DNA from: Desulfobacterales bacterium
Lineage (GTDB): Bacteria; Desulfobacterota; Desulfobacteria; Desulfobacterales; JARGFK01
Reading direction: 5' to 3'
Assembly (NCBI GenBank): GCA_029211065.1
Contig: JARGFK010000001.1
Span: 37,265 to 101,264, forward strand
Length of the DNA stretch: 64,000 bases
Made by a program: the position numbers and the translations under genes
The notes under the pieces: generated by a model
Told to the model about the DNA's origin: nothing
The model's database searches: none
The model's input: the letters and a program-made list of their open reading frames with translations, nothing else
In this document: one piece after another, positions 46,282 to 53,806 of the stretch
Layout: every line of letters starts with the position of its first letter
Position numbering within the stretch: the stretch's first letter is position 1

Positions 46282-46934
46282 TTTTTGGTAATTTTGGGGC
46301 GGGGGATGATCGGTTCCGGTATTTTTTCGACAATCCTCCCATCGCTATCGATAAAATAGCTATCCTTCAGAGACATGGCCCAGTTAATGTCATAGTTGTC
46401 GACCAGTTTTAATTTGCTTAAGGTCTTGCCGAGTTTTCGATGCGCTCGGTTTAGCCCCCAGCGTATATCTTCCTCAGTGGAATACCCAAGTTCTTTCAGG
46501 ATTTCTCCGATTCTGCGGTTTTTTTGTGTTTTTTGAAGCATTACGGCAAAGTCGCGCTGTTCGGGTGAAATGCGGCCGAATTCAACCAGGATCTCACCCA
46601 GTTTCATTTTTTGCAGGCGGAGCGCTTTTACAAGGTCGTCCCTGGAAACCAAGTCCAGAGACATCAGGATCTCACCGATTTTGGGTTCATGGGTTTTGCG
46701 GTAATGAAACAAGCCGAAGACGGCGTTAAAGATTTTAGTCAGCAGGTATGCAATTGTCAGTGAAACTGCTAAAAAGAAAATAAAATTAGCAGCCGGACTG
46801 TCGAACACTTCCAGCAGGCCTGTCAGGTCCGTGGATGGATATAGAAATGGCAGCAACAGGTAGGAAAACAGACAGATGGAAAAAATTGCGATAAATATGG
46901 AAAGCCTGAACATTGGGTTCATTTTTTTCACCAT
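46278..46934 (-). CDS. Small membrane-anchored protein with tandem GspE-N/MshEN-like repeats
   Basis: Two N-terminal TM segments, then repeats KIGEILMSLDLVSRDDL / KLGEILVEFGRISPEQ / RIGEILKELGYSTEED. Confidence 0.6.
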   Translation of the reverse strand: MVKKMNPMFRLSIFIAIFSICLFSYLLLPFLYPSTDLTGLLEVFDSPAANFIFFLAVSLTIAYLLTKIFNAVFGLFHYRKTHEPKIGEILMSLDLVSRDDLVKALRLQKMKLGEILVEFGRISPEQRDFAVMLQKTQKNRRIGEILKELGYSTEEDIRWGLNRAHRKLGKTLSKLKLVDNYDINWAMSLKDSYFIDSDGRIVEKIPEPIIPRPKITKK

Positions 46935-46997
46935 GCATGTCGGTGTATCAAGTGTACACTCATTGATTATTAAAGGAAAAGTCTTTAATAATCAACC

Positions 46998-47013
46998 TTC
47001 AATAAGTGTGCCA
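46998..47013 (-). promoter_or_regulatory. Possible sigma54 (-24/-12) promoter for the 46934 gene
   Basis: Minus strand reads TGGCAC-actta-TTGAA. The -24 element is perfect; the -12 element has TTGA instead of TTGC. Confidence 0.3.
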
Positions 47014-47133
47014 GACCCCTTCCGGGCGATCTATACCGCCTTTAAACCATTATAAGCACAAGAAATCATTTGGCAAATATTCAGCGGAGGTATCATGGAA
47101 AAGATTCGCCCGCCCCGCCGAACAGCCGGGATT

Positions 47134-47172
47134 TGCACATTAATATGTGCACGCTGCACAATAAAGTGTGCA
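47134..47172. promoter_or_regulatory. Two tandem TGCACA-N6-TGTGCA palindromes (candidate activator or UAS sites)
   Basis: tgcacattaatatgtgca (47134-51) and tgcacaataaagtgtgca (47155-72), centres 21 bp apart. Confidence 0.55.
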
Positions 47173-47398
47173 CATCCGGTGAAAGGGGGTTGGGTAATAG
47201 CGATGGCAGCGGCTATCTGTGAGGGGGTGGTGTCCCGGGGGCGGTTCCATAATTGGGATGTGCCGGTATTCGCAGCTCGACTGACATAAGTTCATCATAG
47301 TGAACAAAATTGAAAATATAAGCGCAAATAACGTTGTTTAAATTAAATAATTTAATACAGTATGTTGAATATTACTTATTAAAAATTTAAAAAAAATC

Positions 47399-47458
47399 TT
47401 GACGTATATCGAATTGATATTTATAGTGATTAAAAATTATGTTCTTTATTATGAACAT
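47399..47458 (+). promoter_or_regulatory. Sigma70-type promoter plus downstream operator upstream of the ferredoxin gene
   Basis: TTGACG (47399-404), 17 nt, TATAGT (47422-27), 13 nt, GTTCtttattATGAAC (47441-56). Confidence 0.6.
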
Positions 47459-47497
47459 TTCAAAACGGCAAAATTAATCATTGGAGACAGCTGAAAG

Positions 47498-47986
47498 ATG
47501 CATTCTAAAACCCTGGTGATCTACCCTGAAAAATGTAACGGCTGTGGGGACTGTGAAGTCGCCTGCTCGAAAAGGCAAACCGGAATTAATAATCGCGACC
47601 GGTCATGTATACGGGTTATGAGAGAGTCCGACGACGACACCTTTTTCCTGCCGATGACCTGTCAGCAGTGTGATGATCCGCCCTGTCTGGCGGCATGCCC
47701 GAATGATGCGATTTTCCGGGATGAAGTGCTGAACCGCGTTTTGATCAACCATCAGAAGTGTGTCGGCTGCCGGATGTGTGTGTCGGCCTGTCCTTTCGGG
47801 GCTATGGGGTTTGACGAGGAGCGGGGCAAATCGTTCAAATGCGACCTGTGCGGCGGAGCACCGGAATGCGTGCGTATATGTACAACCGGGGCAGTGGCAT
47901 ACGATGCACCGCATATGCTCCAGAATCCGCAGATGGTCCAGTCTGCCGCCAAGATAGCCTGTGTGATGAGATCGATGGTCTTCTGA
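47498..47986 (+). CDS. Poly-[4Fe-4S] ferredoxin (CooF/DmsB-like, four Cys clusters)
   Basis: CNGCGDCEVAC, CQQCDDPPCLAACP, CVGCRMCVSACP, CDLCGGAPECVRIC. Confidence 0.88.
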   Translation: MHSKTLVIYPEKCNGCGDCEVACSKRQTGINNRDRSCIRVMRESDDDTFFLPMTCQQCDDPPCLAACPNDAIFRDEVLNRVLINHQKCVGCRMCVSACPFGAMGFDEERGKSFKCDLCGGAPECVRICTTGAVAYDAPHMLQNPQMVQSAAKIACVMRSMVF

Positions 47987-47997
47987 AGGATGACGGC

Positions 47998-48125
47998 TTC
48001 GTAAAAAGTCCCCAAAGCCGTCATTCCCGCGAAAGCGGGAATCCATACCAGCTGAAAATAATGGATTCCGGGTCAAGCCCGGAATGACAGACAAGGTGAA
48101 TTTTGCCTTTTTACGAGTTCATCAA
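47998..48125. mobile_element. MITE-like repeat, family 1, copy A (partner at 59032-59160)
   Basis: Terminal inverted repeats tcgtaaaaag...ctttttacga; internal hairpins tcattcccgcgaaagcgggaatcc and attccgggtcaagcccggaat; shared 3' end tttttacgagttcatcaa. Confidence 0.75.
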
Positions 48126-48136
48126 GGATAGAATAA

Positions 48137-48541
48137 ATGTCATTTTTTAAAGTTAACGAAAAATGCAACGGTTGTCTGGCCTGTGTCCAGAACTGCCCGG
48201 CCAGTGCGCTGAATTACATGGACAAGGGGAACAACCGTAAGATTTGCCATAACCTGTCACTTTGCGCCCGCTGCGGCAACTGCTGGCGCATCTGCCCCCA
48301 GGCGGCGATCGAATTCAACCAGTTGTTACAGGGCGGCTGGAATGAAGTAGCAGAGATGGCGCTGGTGCATTGTATGGTTTGCGGTGAGCCGGTTTATACC
48401 GCCGGCATCGGGAAAACGCTTTCTGAGAAACTGAACAGGGAAGTGGAAGCCTTATGTCCCGAACATAAAAAATCCTTCCCCTTAAGCACCTGGAAACGAA
48501 TTGCCATAGGGCGGGGCCTTCAGACGGGTAACGGAAAATGA
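48137..48541 (+). CDS. 2x[4Fe-4S] ferredoxin-domain protein with a C-terminal Cys-rich tail
   Basis: CNGCLACVQNCP and CARCGNCWRICP; CMVCGE...CPEH. Confidence 0.8.
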   Translation: MSFFKVNEKCNGCLACVQNCPASALNYMDKGNNRKICHNLSLCARCGNCWRICPQAAIEFNQLLQGGWNEVAEMALVHCMVCGEPVYTAGIGKTLSEKLNREVEALCPEHKKSFPLSTWKRIAIGRGLQTGNGK

Positions 48542-49209
48542 TTGTCGGCAGTCAAAAACCATTTCAGGAGATCGTTTTATCCCTTTCGGAATATCAAAAG
48601 GTTCTGGTCATGGGATGCGGCACCTGTGTAACCGTCTGCCTGACAGGGGGCGATAAGGAAGCGCGGCGGCTTGCGAGTGCGCTGGCCCAGGAATTCAGCC
48701 AAAAGGAGAACCCGCCGGCCTTTGAAGTTAATACCATTGAAAGACAATGTGAGCGGGACTGGATTGTCAATTTCCTTGAGATTCCCGACGGTGTCGATGC
48801 GATTTTATCGCTGGCCTGCGGTGCCGGTGTTCAAACCCTGGCAGCTGTTTTTGAGGATTTGCCCGTAATCCCGGCACTGAATACCACCTTTCTGGGGGCG
48901 CTGGATCGGCCCGGGGAATGGAATGAAAAATGCCTGGGGTGCGGGGATTGCATCCTGACCCATACCGGCGGCATCTGTCCGGTGGCGCGCTGCGCCAAGC
49001 GGCTCTTTAACGGACCGTGCGGCGGAACCCTTAACGGCAAATGCGAAATCAGCGCGGTGATCGGAAGGGAAGTGGACTGTGCCTGGCAACTCATCATCGA
49101 ACGTCTTGCCAGGCTCGACAAGCTGGACGAGTACCACAAGATCCGGCAGCCCAAGGACTGGACCGCCGAAACCTCAACCGGCCCACGGACGCTGGTTCAT
49201 ACAAGCTGA
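48538..49209 (+). CDS. MetV-like protein (methylene-THF reductase C-terminal-domain family)
   Basis: GCGTCVTVC..., CLGCGDCIL..GGICPVARCAKRLFNGPCGG (the NGPCGG motif as I recall for the MTHFR_C/MetV family). Confidence 0.65.
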   Translation: MIVGSQKPFQEIVLSLSEYQKVLVMGCGTCVTVCLTGGDKEARRLASALAQEFSQKENPPAFEVNTIERQCERDWIVNFLEIPDGVDAILSLACGAGVQTLAAVFEDLPVIPALNTTFLGALDRPGEWNEKCLGCGDCILTHTGGICPVARCAKRLFNGPCGGTLNGKCEISAVIGREVDCAWQLIIERLARLDKLDEYHKIRQPKDWTAETSTGPRTLVHTS

Positions 49210-49332
49210 TACAGCGGAACCCATCTTAAAAAACACATCTAATGTCCGATGGCTGCGTTATCTGACGAGTCAGAAGGTATCTACCCATGGACGGAGGCCT
49301 CGCCCTCCCCATCTGCTTCCTTGAGATGGGTT

Positions 49333-49845
49333 TTATTTCAAAGTTAATCTAAACCTCTGCTCGGTGATCTTTCCACCCCACTGGTCCACCGGATGTTCCT
49401 CGACCAGTTTAAACCCCTCGGATTCGTAAAGCCCGCGGGCTGCATCCAGCCCCTGAAAGGTCCATAGGAAAATTTTGCGATGCCCGGTTTTTCTACAAAA
49501 CGCGACGGCTTTTTCAAGCAGTAGTTTTCCGATGCCGATGCCCTGCCGCTCCGGTTCCACAATAAACCAGCGCAGGCGGGCGCCCTCTGTGTCGGCCAGT
49601 TGGCCGTCGACGGCAACCGCACCGGCAAATGCTCCGTCAGCGCGTATCGTCCAGAATCCATCCCGCTTTTTGCGGAAGTTAACAAAAAATGCGGAGAGTT
49701 CCCGGGCGACCTGGGCTTCAAAGGACATGTTAAAGTTCCAGTTCTTGTAATAATAGACTGCGTGAAGCGCCGTCACTTTGCCGATTACGCCGGGGTAATA
49801 CCCGGCCCATTCCAGTTTTAAAAACTTGATTCGGCCGGCATCCAT
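49333..49845 (-). CDS. GNAT-family N-acetyltransferase
   Basis: RQGIGIGKLLLEKAVAFCRKTGHRKIFLWT, acetyl-CoA-binding motif A. Confidence 0.8.
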   Translation of the reverse strand: MDAGRIKFLKLEWAGYYPGVIGKVTALHAVYYYKNWNFNMSFEAQVARELSAFFVNFRKKRDGFWTIRADGAFAGAVAVDGQLADTEGARLRWFIVEPERQGIGIGKLLLEKAVAFCRKTGHRKIFLWTFQGLDAARGLYESEGFKLVEEHPVDQWGGKITEQRFRLTLK

Positions 49846-50080
49846 AATAAACTCCTCATGGGCATGGTATACCTTGTCATGTTTTTCATGCTAGATTAAG
49901 GTGTTACTGGTAATGATAACATGTTTTGTAAACAGATTGTCAATATGCATTCCGTGGACTTCTAAAATAATCTCTGAATCGGCGGTATCTGGGACCCTCC
50001 ATATAGTTTGTTTCCAGGTATTGCTTTTTTTTTACAAAATGCCTAATTATTGATATGGATATTTAAAAAGGAGGCAAAAC

Positions 50081-50581
50081 ATGAAGACAGACCCGGCTGA
50101 TGTGTTGAAGGAAGCGCTTTTGCTGGAGAAAAGAGGGTATGCGTTCTATAAAATGGTGTCCGTCAATATCCAGGACAAAGCGACCCGGCGTTTTTTTGAA
50201 CTGATGGCGGATGAAGAGAAAAATCATATTCAGCTGTTGGTCGAAGAGTTGAAAATGTATCAGTCCCGGAAAAAATTTACTCGAAATAATTTTGACGACA
50301 CGACCAGCAGCCAGATCTCCGACCTGGTCCTGTCAAGTCCTTTGCAGGATCGGATTTCCGCGGCTGAATTTGAAGCCGCCGCCATATCCGCCGCCATGCT
50401 GATGGAGGAGCGCGCCATCAAGTTGTATGCGGATAGGGCCAATGCCTCAACCGATACCGATGAAAAAAGACTATACAACTGGCTGGCCGACTGGGAGCGT
50501 TCGCATTTGAAATATCTGACCGGAATCGATCAGGCTCTCAAGGAAAAAATCTGGAACGACAATCAATTCTGGCCGTTCTAA
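50081..50581 (+). CDS. Ferritin-like/rubrerythrin-family di-iron protein
   Basis: Two E..(30)..ExxH-type segments: LEKRGYAFY...ADEEKNH and MEERAIKLY...DWERSH. Confidence 0.65.
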   Translation: MKTDPADVLKEALLLEKRGYAFYKMVSVNIQDKATRRFFELMADEEKNHIQLLVEELKMYQSRKKFTRNNFDDTTSSQISDLVLSSPLQDRISAAEFEAAAISAAMLMEERAIKLYADRANASTDTDEKRLYNWLADWERSHLKYLTGIDQALKEKIWNDNQFWPF

Positions 50582-50674
50582 GACTGCGTGCCCGGGTGTG
50601 TGCCGGTGGTTCTCGAACAAAACGGTCTCACATTTATTTCCGTATACAACCATCTATTGAAAAGGAGACACGAC

Positions 50675-51133
50675 ATGTTGCCCATTAAAAAAATATGTTG
50701 TCCGACTGATTTCAGCGAGCCATCCCATGAAGCGCTCAAGGTGGCTTGTGAATTGGCCACACATTTTAGGGCCGAACTGATTCTGGTCCATGTCGTAACG
50801 CCTATTCCGGTAATCCCGATCCATGATGATCCCACCAGCTTTAATCTGCCGTTATATGAAAAAGAGATGGAACAGTCCGCCGTAAAATCTCTGAAAAAGA
50901 TGCAGCAGGAAAAAGTTTCGCAAAGTATCCAGTCCCGCACGGTGGTCATCCAGGGTGATCCGGCTACCCAGATTGTCAAACTGGCGGATACTGAAAATAT
51001 GGACATGATCATCATTGCGACCCATGGCTTTACCGGCTGGCGGAAATTTATGTTCGGCTCCGTGACCGAGAAGGTGATCCGCTATGCAAACTGCCCGGTG
51101 CTGTCGATCCGGATGCCGTCGCAGCAGGAATAA
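50675..51133 (+). CDS. Universal stress protein (UspA family). ATG 50675 with an aaggag SD.
   Basis: MLPIKKICCPTDFSEPSHEAL...ELILVHV...MIIIATHGFTGWRKFMFGSVTEKVIRYANCPVL. Confidence 0.88.
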   Translation: MLPIKKICCPTDFSEPSHEALKVACELATHFRAELILVHVVTPIPVIPIHDDPTSFNLPLYEKEMEQSAVKSLKKMQQEKVSQSIQSRTVVIQGDPATQIVKLADTENMDMIIIATHGFTGWRKFMFGSVTEKVIRYANCPVLSIRMPSQQE

Positions 51134-51356
51134 ACCCTGCAGCTGCAACAACAGGGTGGAATTCACTTTGAAATTCGCATCAAGCAATCGTCCGGAGCGG
51201 CCGGTGGATAGGAAGGGAGACGGTTTTTTCATATCCTTTTTGCTTGACGGATCGTCCGAGATTTACTATATTTTTTTCTCTTTGATGCACTTGTCACGAC
51301 CCCTGCACATCATGCCAGGATGAAATTTTATTAAGATCGGTCAGAGCGGAGGCCTA

Positions 51357-51800
51357 ATGAAATTAAAACAAATTACCATTTCAATTGAGAATTCACCGGG
51401 GCGCCTTTACGAAGTAACCAAAGCACTGGGCGATGCCGGTATTAACCTGCGAGCTTTAAACCTGGTGGATACCGGTGCGTTTGGCCAGCTGCGCCTTCTG
51501 GTTTCGGACATCACCACCAGTCGACGAATCCTGATGCAGATGCAAATGCCGGCGATGGTCACTGAAGTCATCGCGGCGGAGATCGAAGATAAACCCGGCA
51601 GCCTGGCGGCGATGCTGAAATCGCTGCTGGATGCCCATATCAATGTTCTTTATACCTATGCGTTTGTCGGATTTTCAGTCGGAAACGCCGTGATGATATT
51701 TCGATTCAGCGACAACGACGCGGCCATCAATGTCTTGCAAAAAAACGGCATCAAACTTCTGGACGCCAAAGCTTTCGGCATTTTAGAAACGAACGGCTGA
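51357..51800 (+). CDS. Tandem ACT-domain protein
   Basis: 147 aa; two ENSPGRL/EDKPGSL beta-alpha-beta-beta-alpha-beta starts. Confidence 0.75.
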   Translation: MKLKQITISIENSPGRLYEVTKALGDAGINLRALNLVDTGAFGQLRLLVSDITTSRRILMQMQMPAMVTEVIAAEIEDKPGSLAAMLKSLLDAHINVLYTYAFVGFSVGNAVMIFRFSDNDAAINVLQKNGIKLLDAKAFGILETNG

Positions 51801-51943
51801 CAAAGCCTCAATGGTTGCCGGCTTGATCAGGCCATAAAAGAATTGAGACCTTAATGGGGCCAAAGTGGATGTTTTGAAAAGGTCTCGAACTACAGCTCTT
51901 CGGGTTCAGCGAATCATTTACGTATAGCAAAAAGGGGGTCTTG

Positions 51944-52891
51944 ATGGAAAGTCAGTCGAAATTTCGTCCCCGAAAATTTGCGGTGGTGGGTGCGGGGCCG
52001 GTGGGATGTATCGTTGCAGCCTTTCTATCGAAAGGGGGTTATGAAGTTACCCTCTGTGATGTGATACCTGAATTGATAGCGCCGGCAGTGAATCCGGGAA
52101 TTATTATTGAAGGCGCCGAAAATATCCGCCATCCGGTTGCAAAAACATGCCACACGGTGGACGAACTTGCCGACGACCCGCCGGATGTCATATTTCTGAC
52201 GGTTAAGGCAAACGCGATTCCGCTGATCGCCTCAGCCATAGAGGGCTTCCATTGCGAGGGCATGTATGTCGTCAGTTGGCAGAATGGGATCGATACGGAG
52301 CTTGCCATTGCTGCGACTCTCGGCAAAAAACCGGTCCTGCGCGCCGTTGTCAATTATGGATGCGGACTTCTAAAGCCGGGGCACGTGCACATGCCGTTTC
52401 ATCACCCCCCCCATCATATTCAGGAACTGGATCCGGATACTTCCGATGCTGCTGTTGCCATTGCCGCGGCGCTCACCCGGAGCGGCCTGCCGACAAACCA
52501 CACCGATCGGATCGTAACAATGGTCTGGCGCAAGGCGATTCTGAATGCCTGCATGAATCCCGTTTGTGCGGTAACGGGTATGACGATGGCGCAGGCCATG
52601 GGCGACCCGATGGTCTTCCAGATTATCGATTCTCTGGTTAAAGAATGTGTCAAGGTGGCCCGGGCCAATGAAATCAGCTTGGGATGGGATTTTTATCCCT
52701 ACTGCATGGAGTATATGAAAAGCGCGGGCAATCACAAACCCTCCATGCTGGTGGATATCGAAAATAAACGCCGCACCGAGATCGACTTTATCAACGGAAA
52801 ATTTATTGAGTACGGTGAGCAGGCCGGTGTGACGACACCCTATAACGTGACCCTTCGTTCTCTGGTCAAGGGACTCGAATCAAGACTGTAG
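51944..52891 (+). CDS. Ketopantoate reductase (PanE/ApbA)-family 2-oxoacid reductase
   Basis: KFAVVGAGPVGCIVAAFL Rossmann start; ...NGIDTE..., WRKAILNACMNPVCAV, PSMLVDIENKRRTEIDFING. Confidence 0.8.
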   Translation: MESQSKFRPRKFAVVGAGPVGCIVAAFLSKGGYEVTLCDVIPELIAPAVNPGIIIEGAENIRHPVAKTCHTVDELADDPPDVIFLTVKANAIPLIASAIEGFHCEGMYVVSWQNGIDTELAIAATLGKKPVLRAVVNYGCGLLKPGHVHMPFHHPPHHIQELDPDTSDAAVAIAAALTRSGLPTNHTDRIVTMVWRKAILNACMNPVCAVTGMTMAQAMGDPMVFQIIDSLVKECVKVARANEISLGWDFYPYCMEYMKSAGNHKPSMLVDIENKRRTEIDFINGKFIEYGEQAGVTTPYNVTLRSLVKGLESRL

Positions 52892-52988
52892 ATGCCGGTC
52901 TCGATGGTTTCTGTTTCAAGGCTGTGATCGCTTGACGGCTGCATCTTTTTGATCCGTATTCTCTCGCATTCGTTGGAAAACGAACCAA

Positions 52989-53780
52989 ATGAAAACACAA
53001 GAGGGCAAGCGCCTGTATATCGGCGTTGATGTGGGCGCTTCCAGAACCAAGGCGGTGGTGATGGATGCACACAAAAACCTGCTCGGTCGGGAAGTGCGGC
53101 CTTCCGGAACCGATTTCGGCGAAGCTTCCCGTCGCTGCCTGGCTAACGCCCTTCACATGGCCGGCGCCGACGAGAGCCATATTGCCCGAACCGTGTCCAC
53201 CGGCTACGGTCGTAAAAACGTAGCTTACAGCGACGATACCCGTACCGAAATCGGTTGTCATGCCAAAGGATGTTATTTCTACTTTCCGAAGGCTATCACC
53301 ATTATCGATATCGGCGGCCAGGACAACAAGATCATCAAACTGGACGAGGCCGGTCGACGTCTCGGTTTCAAGATGAATCGCAAATGTGCGGCCGGAACCG
53401 GCGCTTTTCTCGAAGAGATGTCTCCCCGCCTGGACATTCCGCTTGAAGACATGGATCGTCTGGCCAGGCAATCGGAAGACATGGTGAAACTGGGAAGTTT
53501 CTGTACGGTATTTTCCGCCACGGAAGTGCTGCAGAACATCCGCCAGGGCAGAAAAGTCGCGGATATCGTTAAAGGGCTCTTTTTCTCGGTGATCAAGCGG
53601 GTTTCGGAAATGGATTCATTGAGCGAGAATGTGGTTATGACCGGCGGCGTGGTGGCCCACAATCCCTTTCTGGTCCGGATGATGGAAGAGATCATCGGCC
53701 GCAGTATTCTGGTTCCCGACTATCCTCAACTGACGGGTGCGGTGGGGGCCGCTTTGTATGCCATTGAAAACAGCAGTTAA
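52989..53780 (+). CDS. BcrA/BcrD/HgdC-type ATPase, activator of (R)-2-hydroxyacyl-CoA dehydratase
   Basis: YIGVDVGASRTKAVV, IIDIGGQDNKII, MNRKCAAGTGAFLE, SFCTVFSATEV, VMTGGVVAHN. Confidence 0.88.
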   Translation: MKTQEGKRLYIGVDVGASRTKAVVMDAHKNLLGREVRPSGTDFGEASRRCLANALHMAGADESHIARTVSTGYGRKNVAYSDDTRTEIGCHAKGCYFYFPKAITIIDIGGQDNKIIKLDEAGRRLGFKMNRKCAAGTGAFLEEMSPRLDIPLEDMDRLARQSEDMVKLGSFCTVFSATEVLQNIRQGRKVADIVKGLFFSVIKRVSEMDSLSENVVMTGGVVAHNPFLVRMMEEIIGRSILVPDYPQLTGAVGAALYAIENSS

Positions 53781-53806
53781 ACTGTCAGCGACCATGGAGG
53801 AATATT

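Noticed and set aside
47095-47289. 64-aa Cys-rich ORF (MEKIRPPRRTAGICTLICARCTIKCAHP...)
   Set aside because: The cysteines come from translating the TGCACA/TGTGCA palindromes. There is no SD, and the region is better explained as a regulatory region.
47839-48087. ORFs translating the repeat elements (47839-48087, 47603-48094 minus strand, 59049-59264)
   Set aside because: They read through MITE hairpins, giving SRESGNP/REGGNPG-type peptides. Such pseudo-proteins are a known artefact of this repeat class, and the copies are not conserved as coding sequence (indels between copies).
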